The position numbers and the translations under genes are program-made. Positions 48,696 through 61,697 of a stretch of DNA of 64,000 bases are shown here, one piece after another (position 1 is the first letter of the stretch; each line of letters opens with the position of its first letter). The stretch covers positions 40,424,001 through 40,488,000 of the forward strand of contig OZ076413.1 of assembly GCA_964187785.1 (NCBI GenBank), given 5' to 3'. Origin of the DNA: Amphiscolops sp. MND2022. Taxonomy: Eukaryota. Below the pieces are notes generated by a model. It saw only the letters and a program-made list of their open reading frames with translations, was not told where the DNA came from and made no database searches.

Positions 48696-50230
48696 TGTGA
48701 TAATTCTCTCCCTCAAAGTCCTCATTTGAAATCATTGTTATGTCTAAGTTCAATTCGTTTTGGTACCATGGTTTGGCTGGATGTCATAAGTCTATCATTT
48801 CAGATGCTTTGAGAAGATCATCTTCATTTTTTGTGTCTGAATTTTCATTGTATGGTGCGTGCACTCCTATAGACTGATCGTTTTGGATCCCGAAGGCGGT
48901 ACATTTTGCATTTCATATGTCTCAGATCTCTGTGTTGTTCTCATGTCTCTCTGGAAAAGGCCTGTCTAGTCTCTTAAACCATTCGTTTCTTCTGTATTCC
49001 TTTAAACTCAAGTGAAACGTGAGTTTAAGTGCAAGGAAATATTTGAATTGATGATTGCAGTTCTCCCAAATCAAATTGTTCAATTCGAAACGAAAGTTGA
49101 AGAAACTTTACAAAGTTGATGATTTATGTAAGGGAAGCTACTGTTCAGTGTGACTGTAATAGTTCAAGTGAAAGTGATATTTACAGCAATGTTTTCCCTA
49201 AAATTGTCAAGCATGACATCCTTTTTTGTGTTCTCATATACCCTGGTAAGATATAAATAGAGTTACGTGAAATAATGTAATCATAGTGAGAGTATTCATA
49301 TTTACACCTACTTGACATTTGAAATAGCATATTCCAATGAAATCAAGGGTCTTTAGTGCAAATGTACTATACCGTATAGACGGCATACTGAAAAACGTAT
49401 AGTGACGCATATTCGTCACTTGTATAAACGCATTAGGTTTAGTATTGTTAGTTACATGTCAACGTATAGTAGCAACACTGAAATACGCATAATACCGCGT
49501 ATACACAATCCCACAATTCGTGCAACGCCGCATAATTAAAAACGTATGATGCCGCATACACACAAAGATGCAAAACGTAAAATACCGCATAATCAAAAAC
49601 GTATAATGCCGCATATACACAATACTGCAATACGTATGATTCTGCATAATCAAAAACGTAAAATGCTGCATGCATCATTGATTATATTTCGCATGATGAC
49701 GTATGGTCCGCGGCTGAAGACCGCATGGTAACGAATTGTCGGCAGTTGAAAATTACATAGTGACGTATAGTCGGCGGCTGAACACCTCAAAGTGACCTAT
49801 AGTAGAAAAACGTATGATGCTGCATATACACAACATCAAATTACGCACAATGACATATATTAAGTATATCAAAGATGCATTTTATTGCTTTTTCACCGTG
49901 GTAATAATCACAAGATGACGCATTGTGAAATTAGAAATTCATAAAGAAGAAATAGTCTTACATAATCATCACCTGTGACTCACATTTTCAAACAATTATT
50001 AATGGGAGATATTAGGATCAGACTCTTAGAACCATTTAAAATGGCACATCATTGTTTCAAAATGTAAAATAAAAACAAATAAAGTACTTGACTAAAGTAA
50101 GAAGCTGGGGGTTAGTTCATACTCCTTGTTGACCATCTAAAGTTCATGATCTTCTCGGATTTGAGCTTCGCAGTCTCTGTTTTTCTTTAGAATTGCACAA
50201 TGGCACCAGCGCAACTGTGGGGTTGTGACA
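48696..50230 (-). mobile_element. Solo Gypsy LTR (1535 bp) with 5-bp TSD AAAAC
   Basis: Minus strand TGTCACAACCCC...GAATTATCACA. AAAAC at both 48691-48695 and 50231-50235. The U5 region is similar to 50710-51000. Confidence 0.85.
49380..49860. repeat. Minisatellite inside the LTR built from CCGCATA and AAAACGTA motifs
   Basis: Repeating GCCGCATAAT(T/C)AAAAACGTA and GCCGCATA(C/T)ACAC units, ~57-bp composite period. Confidence 0.8.
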
Positions 50231-50439
50231 AAAACATTGTTTTTGTCTCCCAACGCCATGACGGATAAAAAAACCCCTGAGGCAATAAGAGGAAGCAAAA
50301 ACGACACAAAAATCTAATCAGTCGAACAATTTTATCTAATGGGACCGAGAGGTAAGATAAGAAGGACTTTTCAGCTTACAAGTTTTTCTATCCAGTTTTG
50401 ACGCACTATTGTTTTTACTGGACTCGCAGTGCCGTGAAG

Positions 50440-50709
50440 AGTGAAACGGTTCTTTGGTCTGTTCATTTCGATCCCGACAGTATCCACGTCAAAATGATCA
50501 AAATTCTAGGTCCCAACACAAACACTTTCCTCTTGGAGATTTTCAATACATGTTGGGATGTATCATGCAGTATGGCCCTGGTCTTTGTCACAATTAGTGT
50601 TTATCAGGAAACCCAACAGAGTCAGGTATGACGACTGCTCCAGCTATAGATTGTTATCCATTGCTAGTCGTTTTGACCAGCGTTTTGAGCGTATGCTGTC
50701 CAATAAACT
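50440..50709 (+). pseudogene. LINE reverse transcriptase, N-terminal part
   Basis: FDPDSIHVKMIKILGP...LLEIFNTCW...FIRKP...SSYRLLSIAS...FERMLSNKL matches LINE RT domains 0-1. Confidence 0.75.
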
Positions 50710-52210
50710 TGTGATTATCCTCTACATCTGAATCCTCATGTGAAACTATCGTTGCTTTTAAGTCTAGTTCATTTCTGTACAAAGGCTTAACAGGACGTCT
50801 CAAACCCTTCATTTCAGAGACTTTTGGAGGATTATCCTCCTTTTCTGAGTCTGAATTTTTGTTGTTTGATGCGTGAACTCCAATAGACATGTCTATTTTG
50901 GATGTTGATGGTTGCGTATATTGGTGTCTTTTGTTTCAGTTCTTAGATTCGTGACTGTGGACATTTTTTGTTGGTTATGAAATCTTTCAGAATGGCTTCT
51001 AATTTATTCTCCATCTCCTCTCGCATTTTTGCGGTCATATCAATGTTTTAGTGTTCGAATATCTGCGTCCAAACTTGGCTTTCATTACTGGTTTGACTTG
51101 GTTCAGTTAATTGATTTTCCAGGTTTCTAGCACCTGAACATTCTTGAACATTAACATTGGAATAACTTGAAGTCGAATGACCTGTGTTAGGTGTTTCAAT
51201 TTGAGCGTCAAGTGTTTCCCTTTCAGAAGAAGGTGCTTCTAGTCACCTAGATCGTAAATTTTTTTATTTCCAATCTTTTCTTGATTGAAAACAAGGTTTT
51301 GCAGTTGGAAAACAGCCGAAATTTCTGCAATTAGTTATTTAATCAAAGTAGACTTGAAAGACAAAACTGGCTAGAAATGTTTGCAAGTTGGGCAGAGAGA
51401 GTTAATTTGTTATGCAACTGCGCTTGGTGAAGGTGGATTTGTGAATGGATCGCTCCTCTGCATTACAAAGCTTAGCTCCAAAAATAAAAACAAAGTCATC
51501 CCTTTTAAAGTTATCATCTTTTAAAGAGATAAATAGAATTACATCATAAAGATGTCAATCTGTTTATAACTCAAAAACCCCTGGATGATGGCATTCGTAT
51601 ACTAAAGCAGAATCTGAGAAACCCCAGAAAAGAACACAAATCAACATTGGAATTGGAACTTTTCCGTTGCCATTCACCAGTATTTAAAGTTAAACTTGCA
51701 CTGTAGAGTTAAATACAGCCAAGAACGTATGAGAACGAGTATTCGTTATTGATCGAAACGTAGGTTGCCGCATACTGACAAAACGCATAATGACGAGTAT
51801 ACGTCAGGCCTCGAACCGCATAGTACAGCATAATGGTACTATGCAAAGGCGTATGATGACGCATACTCCTTAAATCTCAAACCGTGACGTATGGTTATCA
51901 GTAAATGTAATCATTGAACAGCATCACAAAGAGCAAATTACGTCATCTTTCAAGCATATGACTCATTGGGTTGGTTGATGGATGTGTAGTTTTAATGCTC
52001 AATGCAATTTAGGAGCATCTCATGTAAAACGAACTTGTTTAGACACAAATATTATCTGAAGTAATAAACCTACATTTCATTATTGAAACAAACAAAGACA
52101 GATAAAACCGTCACATTATCAGTTTCAAAGTTTAAGTTGGCATCAGTTCAGTTTCTATTGACCTTCTTAATGTTGCTCTTCGGGTCCAGCACAGCTGTTG
52201 GGCTGTGACA
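50710..52210 (-). repeat. 3' LTR (1501 bp)
   Basis: Minus strand TGTCACAGCCCAACAGCTGTG...GGATAATCACA. Roughly 80-88% similar to 60289-61697 by eye. Confidence 0.88.
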
Positions 52211-52598
52211 GTCCCGCGCATTTGAAGGTGAACAGGGCTGCCTCGAATCCATCAAAGAAGGCGCGGGACCTCGCACCCTTATCTTTTGCTGTTCCAGCAA
52301 CATATGCGGTCGCGATCAAGTACGCCCTATGAACTCTAGGGCGATTTGGTCATACGTCTTGCCACACCAATCGAAAAATCCGCAGCGTGTGGCATAACTT
52401 TTTTGGTTTGGTAAGCCTTTACATGAGTCTCTCACTGATTGGCAAGAGAAGCAAAAAAGTACTGTGCCTGTTTTGCATTGCAAAGTTTGACTGCAATTAG
52501 AACTGAGTAGAGTTATCTTGGCGAATTGCAGGGACACTTGACATCGAGGGAGGAAGTTGAATCATTACACGAACAGCATTCATTGGTTGAATCATTCA

Positions 52599-52893
52599 GC
52601 CAGGTTATGTACCGGGGGCGAGAAACTTCACGACAATACTACCAAATACACAAGACATTCAAAGGGGAGACTCTAACCCTTTCAGCGACCATTACTAAAA
52701 CGAATTGCCAGTCCTCAACTTCAATGCACAACCTGCTAGAATGATGATCATTCTAGCAGGTTGTGCATTGAAGTTGAGGACTGGCAATTCGTTTTAGTAA
52801 TGGTCGCTGAAAGGGTTAGAGTCTCCCCTTTGAATGTCTTGTGTATTTGGTAGTATTGTCGTAAAGTTTCTCGCCCCCGGTACATAACCTGGC
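52599..52893. repeat. Near-perfect palindrome: 147-bp arms, 1-nt spacer
   Basis: 52599-52745 is the reverse complement of 52747-52893 with one mismatch (52629/52863). Centre at 52746. Confidence 0.97.
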
Positions 52894-54258
52894 CGGTAAT
52901 TGGGCTGTGGTGTCAGCAATAATCGCCTCCCTCGACCTCTTCCTCTAGCAGTTGGTAAGATTGAGGCTAAGGGCCTCCAGTAATTATTGATAGGAATTTC
53001 CAGCACAGTTTCCTGATTCTTCAAATTCTGTGTCGATGAAGGAAGACGGGGATATCATTTGGCTGTCTTGCTGTTCATCCAACAAGTTTAACAGCTGTCA
53101 CTCAATTCTAGTTGCACAGGTATCAATGACATCTGTAGTTCCTTGTGCGGGTGTTACTGGAGGGAAACGCGATGTACTCACAGCACCAATGAAGGCTGAA
53201 ATTACATCTGTTCAGGGTCCTCCTATTCGGAATCTATCATCTATCGCTTGCGTCTCTTCTGGGTCAACAGTAATTTCTTCCGCTGATTCACTAGACACAT
53301 CGATGACTGAGTGTGACTATTCAAAGGTATCCAGCATGTTATTCAGGTTAAATTGTAAATTGTAAGTTGTCCATATTTGTATATTGATTTTAAGCTGCAG
53401 GTTTTTTCTTTTATCAGTAGATTTCAATGATGTGTGCTTCTGACAAGAATTATTTTGAAGGAAGATCGATTTTCGTTTAGATAAGAGACCATATAGTGAT
53501 GGACACTTAGTTTTCTGCCACCTTTGTTAAAAACCCGCACCGAAGTAGAGTTTCATGATAAAATGGTTTCCATCGTCTTATGAGGCCTTGGTTCATGAGG
53601 TGATAACTTTCGCCGATTTTCAGGTGTAAGCAAATTTTTTGAGGTGTTTCCTTTACTTCCTCACATTTTCTTTTACTTCCTCTCGGTGTTCGTGTTCTTC
53701 ACAGCGTTTCATCGGTGTTTTAAATTATATAAAAACAAAACTAATTTAACATCAAGGAAAAAAATTACACAAGGACTCCCAAAATCTATTGATGCAATAT
53801 TGAATTATTTTTTTATTCATTTACTTCTACGTGGCCAATATTGAGAAAAGAATGAAACATTGAAAGAGAAAGCCCTAATCAAGTTTTTTTTTGGGAATTC
53901 CGGCATACGGTTCTACTTTCCAGTGGTTTATATTACCCCTAGTCCCGCACTTTAAAAGTTCGTTAGACTCTGATACGTGATAACTAATTTACAGATTCAT
54001 CAAACAGTGTTCAAGTAAAACTTCGCATTGAAATGCTATTTACCCATATTTGTCAATAAACAAAGTCTCATTGTTGTTAAAAACGTAGCAAAACGTTTTC
54101 GTTGTCAAAAGTTGTGTGGTTGTTTCGTCAGTCTTTCATACATAACACTGTTTATTTCTTTCATTTTTTGTCGATAGCAGCGTTGAATATATTCCACAGC
54201 TTGTGTGCAGTGAAATCCGCATGATGCCGTTGTTTTGTAAATCCGTGTAATGCCCCTT

Positions 54259-54350
54259 ACTCGATCCGCATAGCGCACATTACTCGTTTTAACTCGATCC
54301 GCATGCTGCCGCATACACGTCTTCACTCGATCCGCATATTGCCGCATACT
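54259..54350. repeat. 33-bp minisatellite (ACTCGATCCGCAT, three copies)
   Basis: Three tandem units are visible. Related CCGCATA motifs occur at ~56970-57150. Confidence 0.8.
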
Positions 54351-54899
54351 CTACATTTGTAATTGCAGCATGTGATCATTACCACTCTTTTATTATGCCT
54401 ATATGCCTATTTCCATGCTGTCAATCAATTAGTCAATCACTCTGGCGGTGGAAAACCAAGAATCGATTGACCAATCAGCGTACAGCTCAAATGTGGTAGT
54501 TTTGATGACTCACAGTTCATTTACTTCTTTACCTTCTCTGTTACTAGTTTACGCCACGCCTTTTGTAGCATCGTCTTACGAACTTTGCTTTAGTACTAAT
54601 GGCTTGTTTCAAATTGCAATTAGTCAATTTAGCCAGTCTTTCTTTTTCCTCTACACTCTGAATATTTCAGGAAAACATTTCATTTGTATCCGTTTTTGTC
54701 TGGGCAGATATTTCGTTTTTATTACCTCAACATTCTGACTTCTGTTATCTTCTACTTTCATTATTTTGGGAAGGAATGGGTTCCAATATCCGACGAAACT
54801 GCCGTAAGGACCAAATTTGTCGGAAAAACCTTACTTCATGGGAATACAATACTGTTTCTGCTACTACTCTACGTATGATTAAGTTGATTGGCTTTTTTA

Positions 54900-56620
54900 C
54901 ACCGTTTTGCTTCTTTTAAAATTTGTTTTTTCGATCGGTAATTTAAAAGATGTTAAGCTGGCCGGGATAACACCTGCTTTGAGGCTAATCATCAACATTA
55001 GCAAAGATTTAGAATTTGAAGAATTTTTCCTATCCAGTTTGAATTTTCTCACAAACCCGGCAGTTTCACTTCCTTCCTCCGCGTCCGGTTGAAGAAAATT
55101 CATCTGTGCAGGCCTCGCCAAAACGAGGACAGACAAGGAGATTTTACTGTTGATCCCGAATCAATTGATCAAGTTGCGTCTGCATCACTTGGAACTGAAA
55201 CTTTCCAGAGCAATGAAGGTATTCCCACTATTCGAGGGAAAAGAAATTGCCCAAATACTCTTTAAAGTGACACATGTACCGAAAACACCCTGTGGTGACG
55301 TTTTCTGCGACTGAACTCATTGACACAGAGAGGGCCCCTACAATTGGTGGTGTAGCGATTGCAAAGTGGAACTTATTGAGCCGAGGCACTCGCATTACAC
55401 GAATGACATCTAGTTAGGGAACACCGGATTTGCATGGAGATCCCTGAGATGCCCTTGTTTGACAAAGATGAAACAAAATTGAAAGGAGTTTTGTTGCAAG
55501 ACGCCACGAAGACTGCAAAGGACACGTATCTTATCTCACTGCAACTAGATCTTTGCAGACCACAGGTGAATCAGGATTCAGTCCCAATTTGACCAATTCT
55601 TCCAGTCCTTCCGAGAACGTGTGACCCAAAAAAGCATTTTTGAATTTGGTCTGCGATTTGTAGGACACATAGTCAAATTGACAGTGGTTCACAATGAGAT
55701 TACCTGGCACCTGTCTAGTGGACGACAGTAAATTCCTGCCAATTGGAGGTAGCAGCGAGTTCTTGTAAATTTATTTCATTAGGACCTATACTTACCAATG
55801 TAGCATTCTATTTGACCATCAACAAGTTGGTTCTTTTTTAACCCAAGATAACCTCCTTATTTCTTTTCCAGGAAACTCTTGTGTACATGTTCAGGGAACT
55901 GATGAACTATTGTGTAACTGCCATTGCTTCATCGGGGGTTTACACACTGGCTCTACAGCAAGATTCTCTTTTATTCGTGTGTTTCTGGAATGGCAACGTT
56001 TTCTACCGCGTCTGTAGCGGGACTGGACTACGTGGAATATTGGTACCACGACGTTTACTGGACCTTATTTCCTCCTTCCTGAGTCAGTTTGAACGTCCAC
56101 CCTCAAGCCTTAGATTTTGGGCATGGGAGACAAATTAAGCGCCTGTCTCGTAGCCTCATTACACGGGAACCGAAAACCTAAATCTGCACATTTGGTACAG
56201 ATGAGTTCGATAAATGCTTGGAGTTGCCGACACCTAAGACCATTTCTTTCCGCGGCATGACTACAAGTCCATCTTAGACTACTTGCTCATGAAATTGAGG
56301 ACTGCCCCCAATCGTGGCTTGTTGCAGTTATTGTCAACCATAAGGTAACATTATCTCTTAGTTCATTTGTTCCAGTTTCATCTTTCCAAAACTCATTAGT
56401 TTGCTTTCTTCCAGCGTGTCAATAGTCGTGAATATACCCTGTCCGAGGCTTCTACAGTTATTGAAAAACTATCAACCAACTGGGATTGAGAGGGCCAACA
56501 CCTTAATCAGGTTTCTAGGCTTCCTGCCTACCGCTTCCAAATGAGAGAGGTTTGTCTCGTTTAGTTCCAGTTGATCAGTTTCTTCATCATTTTGTTATGT
56601 TCCTTTGTCCTTTCAATCGA
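54900..56620 (-). pseudogene. Decayed Cys/Trp-rich accessory ORF(s) between integrase and the 3' LTR
   Basis: Minus-strand fragments such as SIGPNEINLQELAATSNWQEFTVVH*TGAR*SHCEPLSI and VAIPETHE*KRILL. No known motif recognised. Confidence 0.35.
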
Positions 56621-58349
56621 ATACCCTAGACGAATATTTCCGTGTCGATACATCATGCGTCGCCCGCCTCTTCATCATTAGATGCGTGATAGATCATTGT
56701 TAGTTATTGTTGTTTCAAATACTGTCTTTGTAATTTTCGATTCGTTAATTAGGTTTTCTCCCAAAACAGACCTTAAACCGGATTCCGTATATCATTTTTG
56801 TTCATTCACTTCTTCTCTTCCTTCGAACATTTTCATCATGATAAGTTTTGACTTGCCTTTTTCGGCATGTAACTTGATTTCGAGGTACAATATCATTCTG
56901 TTTCATGGTCCGATTACATATAGTAGCCATCGTAGTTAGTTTGTTATTCATATAATAACACGTTTCACTTTTCTTGGTTTCCGCATAAAGACGTATAATT
57001 AAAACACCTTGATCCGTAAGATGACATATAGACTTTGCAGCTCAATCCGCCTAGTGACGTTTACTCGTCACACCTGGATCCGCATAATGAGGCATAATTC
57101 CATACACAAAGGTGAAATATTATGCGTGATACTCCGTTTTCCGCATAAAGACGCAAGGTATAAGTCTAATTCATACTTTATTGTGTTAGTAACATTGCTC
57201 GCTCATAGTATATCCTTAAGTTTGTTTGTAAGATCATCCAGACAGTGTGTTAGTGCCAGTAATATGATCTTTTTCGTTATGTTTCAGATAATTCGGCCAT
57301 TTTCGAACTAAAAACGCAGTTTGATGGCGGTTTTTTGCCTATTCAACAAGTTTGACGTCTTCTTGTACAGTCAGCACCAAAAAAATTGCCTCACAAACTT
57401 TGGGAAGCGTCACTGAATGGGACACATAATTACACCTTGATTTGGAACAACCAGGGCTCCCTTTCAAAACTACCAAATAATTTGTGCTAAATGAGGACTT
57501 CCACAATCTTGTTTTTGCCAGCAAACTGCCACGTTCCAGCAGTCGTCTAGATTCAAAACAATTGTTTCGCTATACTTGTCTTTGTCTGCCTCCTAAAGTA
57601 GGCTAGATTGTCCGCTTTGAAGTCCCATCCGAAACCTACAGTCTAAGCGGGCGATGTTCCAGTCTTGTTCATCCAGTTTGGAGCTCTCCTATATACTTGG
57701 CCCGAAGAAATCAAGTTTGTTCAGACACCAGAAGTCATTTGGACGAGTTTTCCGTTTGCTTGGACAAGGTCCGGATTTATTATCCGACAAGAGACTCTCA
57801 GCTTTGAATTTCCTGAAAGGCAGTGGCCCTCGAAGATCTATATTACATGGGGAATGGGAGTCAGCGTATAAGAGGTCTGTTCTTTGCCTGGAACAACCCG
57901 TAGTAGTTCCTGACAGGACTACACCTAGTCTCAGTAGATCCGCTAGTGTTGCCAGTTGTTCTCTCCTGGACCTTCTTTGAGCCGGCAGACTTTTTCTGTG
58001 TCCCAGTGTTCGGAAGATGATCTAAGCGAGACTGCCAGTCTGGGTGAACCGAAACATTCCAAGGCTAAGAAGAATTAATGTTCTGGTGATAGATCGCAAT
58101 TTGTGGATAGACTTTTTAAGCTATTTAAGTAAATTACAGAAGTTAGTTGTATGTTCTCCTATTATTTATTGAGAACTAACATAAAAGTAAAGTTTGGAAG
58201 GCTCGTGAGATGAAGAGGAGGAAAAATTTTAGTATGTATCTGAATCTGAGTAGTTTCGGTTGGGGTTAGGTCGTAAGTTGTATTTTTCATCACGGGTGTT
58301 TATGGGTTCTTCTTGCAATGGGGTTTTTAAGAATTCTTTGAGGTTTTTA

Positions 58350-60116
58350 GTTTGTTCTTCTTAGGAAACGTTTTGGTCCTTTTGGGCATTTTGGGAAGCG
58401 TTTACTTCGTCAACATGAGTTTCTTGTGGGATTTCGATGTAATTTCCCTCTTCAAGGTCAGTAGACTGCTTTGCTTCCCTTTACATTTTCTGAATATTCG
58501 AGGGAGGGTGGGCGGTTATTTTTGGGTACTTCCATTGAAAAGTTCTCAATGTCTTCAAGATTCTGGGAGTTATCTGGGGGATTATCATCGAATGGGTTCA
58601 TGTCAAAATTTGTCTTCCACGGTTGAGCATATTGAGCATCAAGCTCTATAGGCATTTGATAGTCTTTTTGCCAATCTGTTTTGCGGACAAAGATGTCTGT
58701 TAGGGGCGTTTGTGAGGTGATTTTCCGGAATCAAACTCAATGGAACAATTGCTCTTTGTTAGTTCCAAGCCTTCTTAGAAATTAGTTGTTGTTAAGAAAG
58801 GCTTTTTCCACTTTATATGGAGCATGCTATCTAAATTCCCGGGATGGTATTTTTGTTGTTTGTGAATCCGCTTTCGGGTTCAAGATGTAACAATAGTCTC
58901 TTTTTTAGAGGAGATGATTTTGCTTTCCTATCATGATAAGCTTCATGTTCAAGATTCTTCTTTGTACTTTTTCTGCAACATCAGTTTGTAGGTGATACCT
59001 TGAGTTGGGGTTATAACCGAGCTTGTAATCGAGATTATTATGTGGTATGAGCCCATGCGAAACCTACTGATGGTTCTTAACCAAGTGACACATGGTACGC
59101 GATGTTGTGGTTTTAAAATGCTAATGGAAGAAATTTGTGCCAATTGTTTCGAAATTTTTGCAGCTTTAAGGTGTGGTTGTTACTGAAGCATGGGTTCTTT
59201 CCAAGAGTCCTTCATTGCTTGAGCGTGCTTCATTGTGGCATGTTTAGGCTCAATTTCTATGACAGCTGCAACGTCATGTGTTATTTGGTATTTAATTGGA
59301 TTACAAGGTCTATGATTATTGTTGTTGGGAGGTAACTGTGTTTGCATAATATGTCCATAATTACTCGTGCCACCGTGATCGCAGTGATGCGGGTTATTGG
59401 GAAGCAAACAAATACCGTGAAAAAACGTCAATTGCTGTTATTATGTGGTCATATCCTCCGTCAGGACAAATAATTGGGTTACAAGGTCTATGATTATCGT
59501 TGTTGGGAGGTAAGTCTGTTTGCATTTTATGTCCATAATTACTCGTGCCACCGTAATTGCAGTGATGCGGGTTATTGGGTAACCAAACAAATTTCCTGAA
59601 AAAACATCAATTGCTGTTATTATTTGGTCATATCCTCCGTTAGGTGGGAGGTTTGGTAAAATATCTATTTGTAGTATGTCTTCAGGGCCAATGTCTCATT
59701 CTGGACAATTGAGGAGTTCTGTCCTAAGGATTCGTCCATGTTGATTGGTTTGTTTCGTATGCATGTTTGGCAGGTTTTGACCCTTTTTTCAATGCCTTTG
59801 GCCTCCCGGTAATTTTTCTATCTAACCTCTTGAATCATCTTGGTGATTGGTTCAAGTTATGGCCATGTAATGCTTGGAGGGATTCTTCTAAGAGTTGCAC
59901 TGGTAATCAAATTTTGAAGTGCGATGTTTTTCCTGTGTTATTATCGTTCATAAGATGCTTGATTTTCGTTGAAGGGTTTGCTTCTCTTCTTGCTCTCAGG
60001 TTCCAGATAACGATGTCGTTATTCTGTTCAAGTCTGATCCTGGCATTATCTTTGAAGTGACCTTCTAAGCAGGTGTTCAGGCAAGATGTGGATTTATGGA
60101 ATTGTTGTTGTTCCAA
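58350..60116 (-). pseudogene. Gypsy integrase remnant
   Basis: ARIRLEQNNDIVIWNLRAR, IDILPNLPP, AIDVF, IELKHATMKHAQ-like and GLLERT motifs, plus C-terminal tail YAQPWKTNFDMNPFDD. Confidence 0.88.
59293..59640. repeat. ~178-bp tandem duplication in the integrase core
   Basis: 59293-59461 and 59471-59640 share TTACAAGGTCTATGATTAT...GGTCATATCCTCCGT. Confidence 0.9.
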
Positions 60117-60276
60117 TATATTGTTTTCTGGGACGTTGTGTGTCTCGATGATCTCATTTGATCTTGATTTTGTACTTTTTGTTTTTCTTCTCAGAGTTCG
60201 TTTTCGTCAAATTCATCATCGGTGTTGTTGAAAGGCTGAGGTTTTTGTGAAATTTGTCTATGATGTTGTCAGTCGG

Positions 60277-60288
60277 CTCTTGTCACCA
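60277..60288 (-). promoter_or_regulatory. PBS, tRNA-Leu-like
   Basis: TGGTGACAAGAG directly follows the LTR end ...ATTAATACA. Confidence 0.7.
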
Positions 60289-61697
60289 TGTATTAATACT
60301 TTTACTCTGACTACTCATATGAAAGTATCGTTGCATTTAAGTCTAGTTAATTTCGGTACAAAGTCTTAACAGGACGTCTCAAATCTTTCATTTCAGATGC
60401 TTTAAGTGGATAATCCTCATTTTCCGAGTCTTAATTTTTGTTGTTTGATGTGTGAACTCCTATGGACTTGTCTAATTTGGTTTCAGATGGTTGCGTAAAT
60501 TGGATATATATTGTTTCATCTGTTGGATTCGTGACTGTGGACATACTTTTGTTGGTTCTCAAATCTTTTAGAATGGCTTCTAATTTATTCTCCATCTCCT
60601 CTCTCAATTTTGTGATCCTATCATTGATTTAGTGTTCGAATATCTGCGTCCAAATTTGGCTTTCGTTACTGGTTTGACTTGGTTCAGTTAATTGATTTTC
60701 CAAGTTGCTAGCACCTAAACATTCTTGAACATTACAATTGGAATTAGTTGTAGTCGCATTACCTGTGTTAGTTGTTTCAGTTTTTGCGTCGCTTGATTTT
60801 AGGTCTCCTAGATTGTCTATTTCTTCTATTTCCCATCTTTTCTCAATTAAAAACAGCTGAAAGTTCTGCCATTATTTATTGAATCAATGTAGACTTGAAA
60901 GACAATATTGTCAAGAAAGTTTTGCAAGTTTGCAGAGAAAGTTAATTTATTACGCAACTGCACTTAGTGAACGTGGATTCCTGATTGGATCGCTCCTCTG
61001 AATTACAGAGCTGTGTTCTAAAAAAACATGACATCCCTTTTTGCAGGTATCATCTAATAAAGATATAAATATAATTCCATCATATCGATATCAATCTATT
61101 TATAAAACAGAAATCCTGGAAGAGGATATTAAAACACTAAAGCAGAATTTGAGAACCCTAGAAAAGAACCCAATTCAATATTGGAATAACATTTTCTTCG
61201 ATATTCATCATTATTCAGAGTTAGAGCTCCATTTTACAGTAAAAAAACAGCTAAAAACATATAATAACGAGTGTTCGTTATAGATCGGAACGTAGGTTGC
61301 CGCATAGTGATAAAACGCGTAATGACTAGTATATGTCAAGCCTCGAACCACATAGTACCGCATAATGAAACTATATAAAAGCGTATGGTAACGCTTACTC
61401 GTTAAATTTCAAACCGTGACGTATGGTCATCAGTAAATGTAATCATTGAATACCATCACAAAGAGAAAATTACGTCATCTTTCAAGCAAATGACTCATTG
61501 CATTGATTTATGGATGTGTGGTTTTAATTCTCAATGCAATTTAGGGTCGTCTGAAGTAAACCGAATTCATGTTATTGAAACAAACAAAGACGGCTGAAAC
61601 CGTCACGTTCTCAGTTTTAAAGTTTGAATTCAGTTCAGTTTCTGTTAACCATCTTATTGTTGCTCTTCGGGTCCAACACAGCTGTTGGGCTGTGACA
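60289..61697 (-). repeat. 5' LTR (1409 bp)
   Basis: Homologous to 50710-52210 along its length and followed by a PBS. Confidence 0.88.

Larger units (their letters stand above)
50710..61697 (-). mobile_element. Internally deleted Gypsy LTR retrotransposon (~11 kb)
   Basis: Two homologous LTRs, a PBS after the 5' LTR, an integrase remnant and a long accessory region. Gag, PR, RT and RH are absent. It splits a LINE RT frame. Confidence 0.85.
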
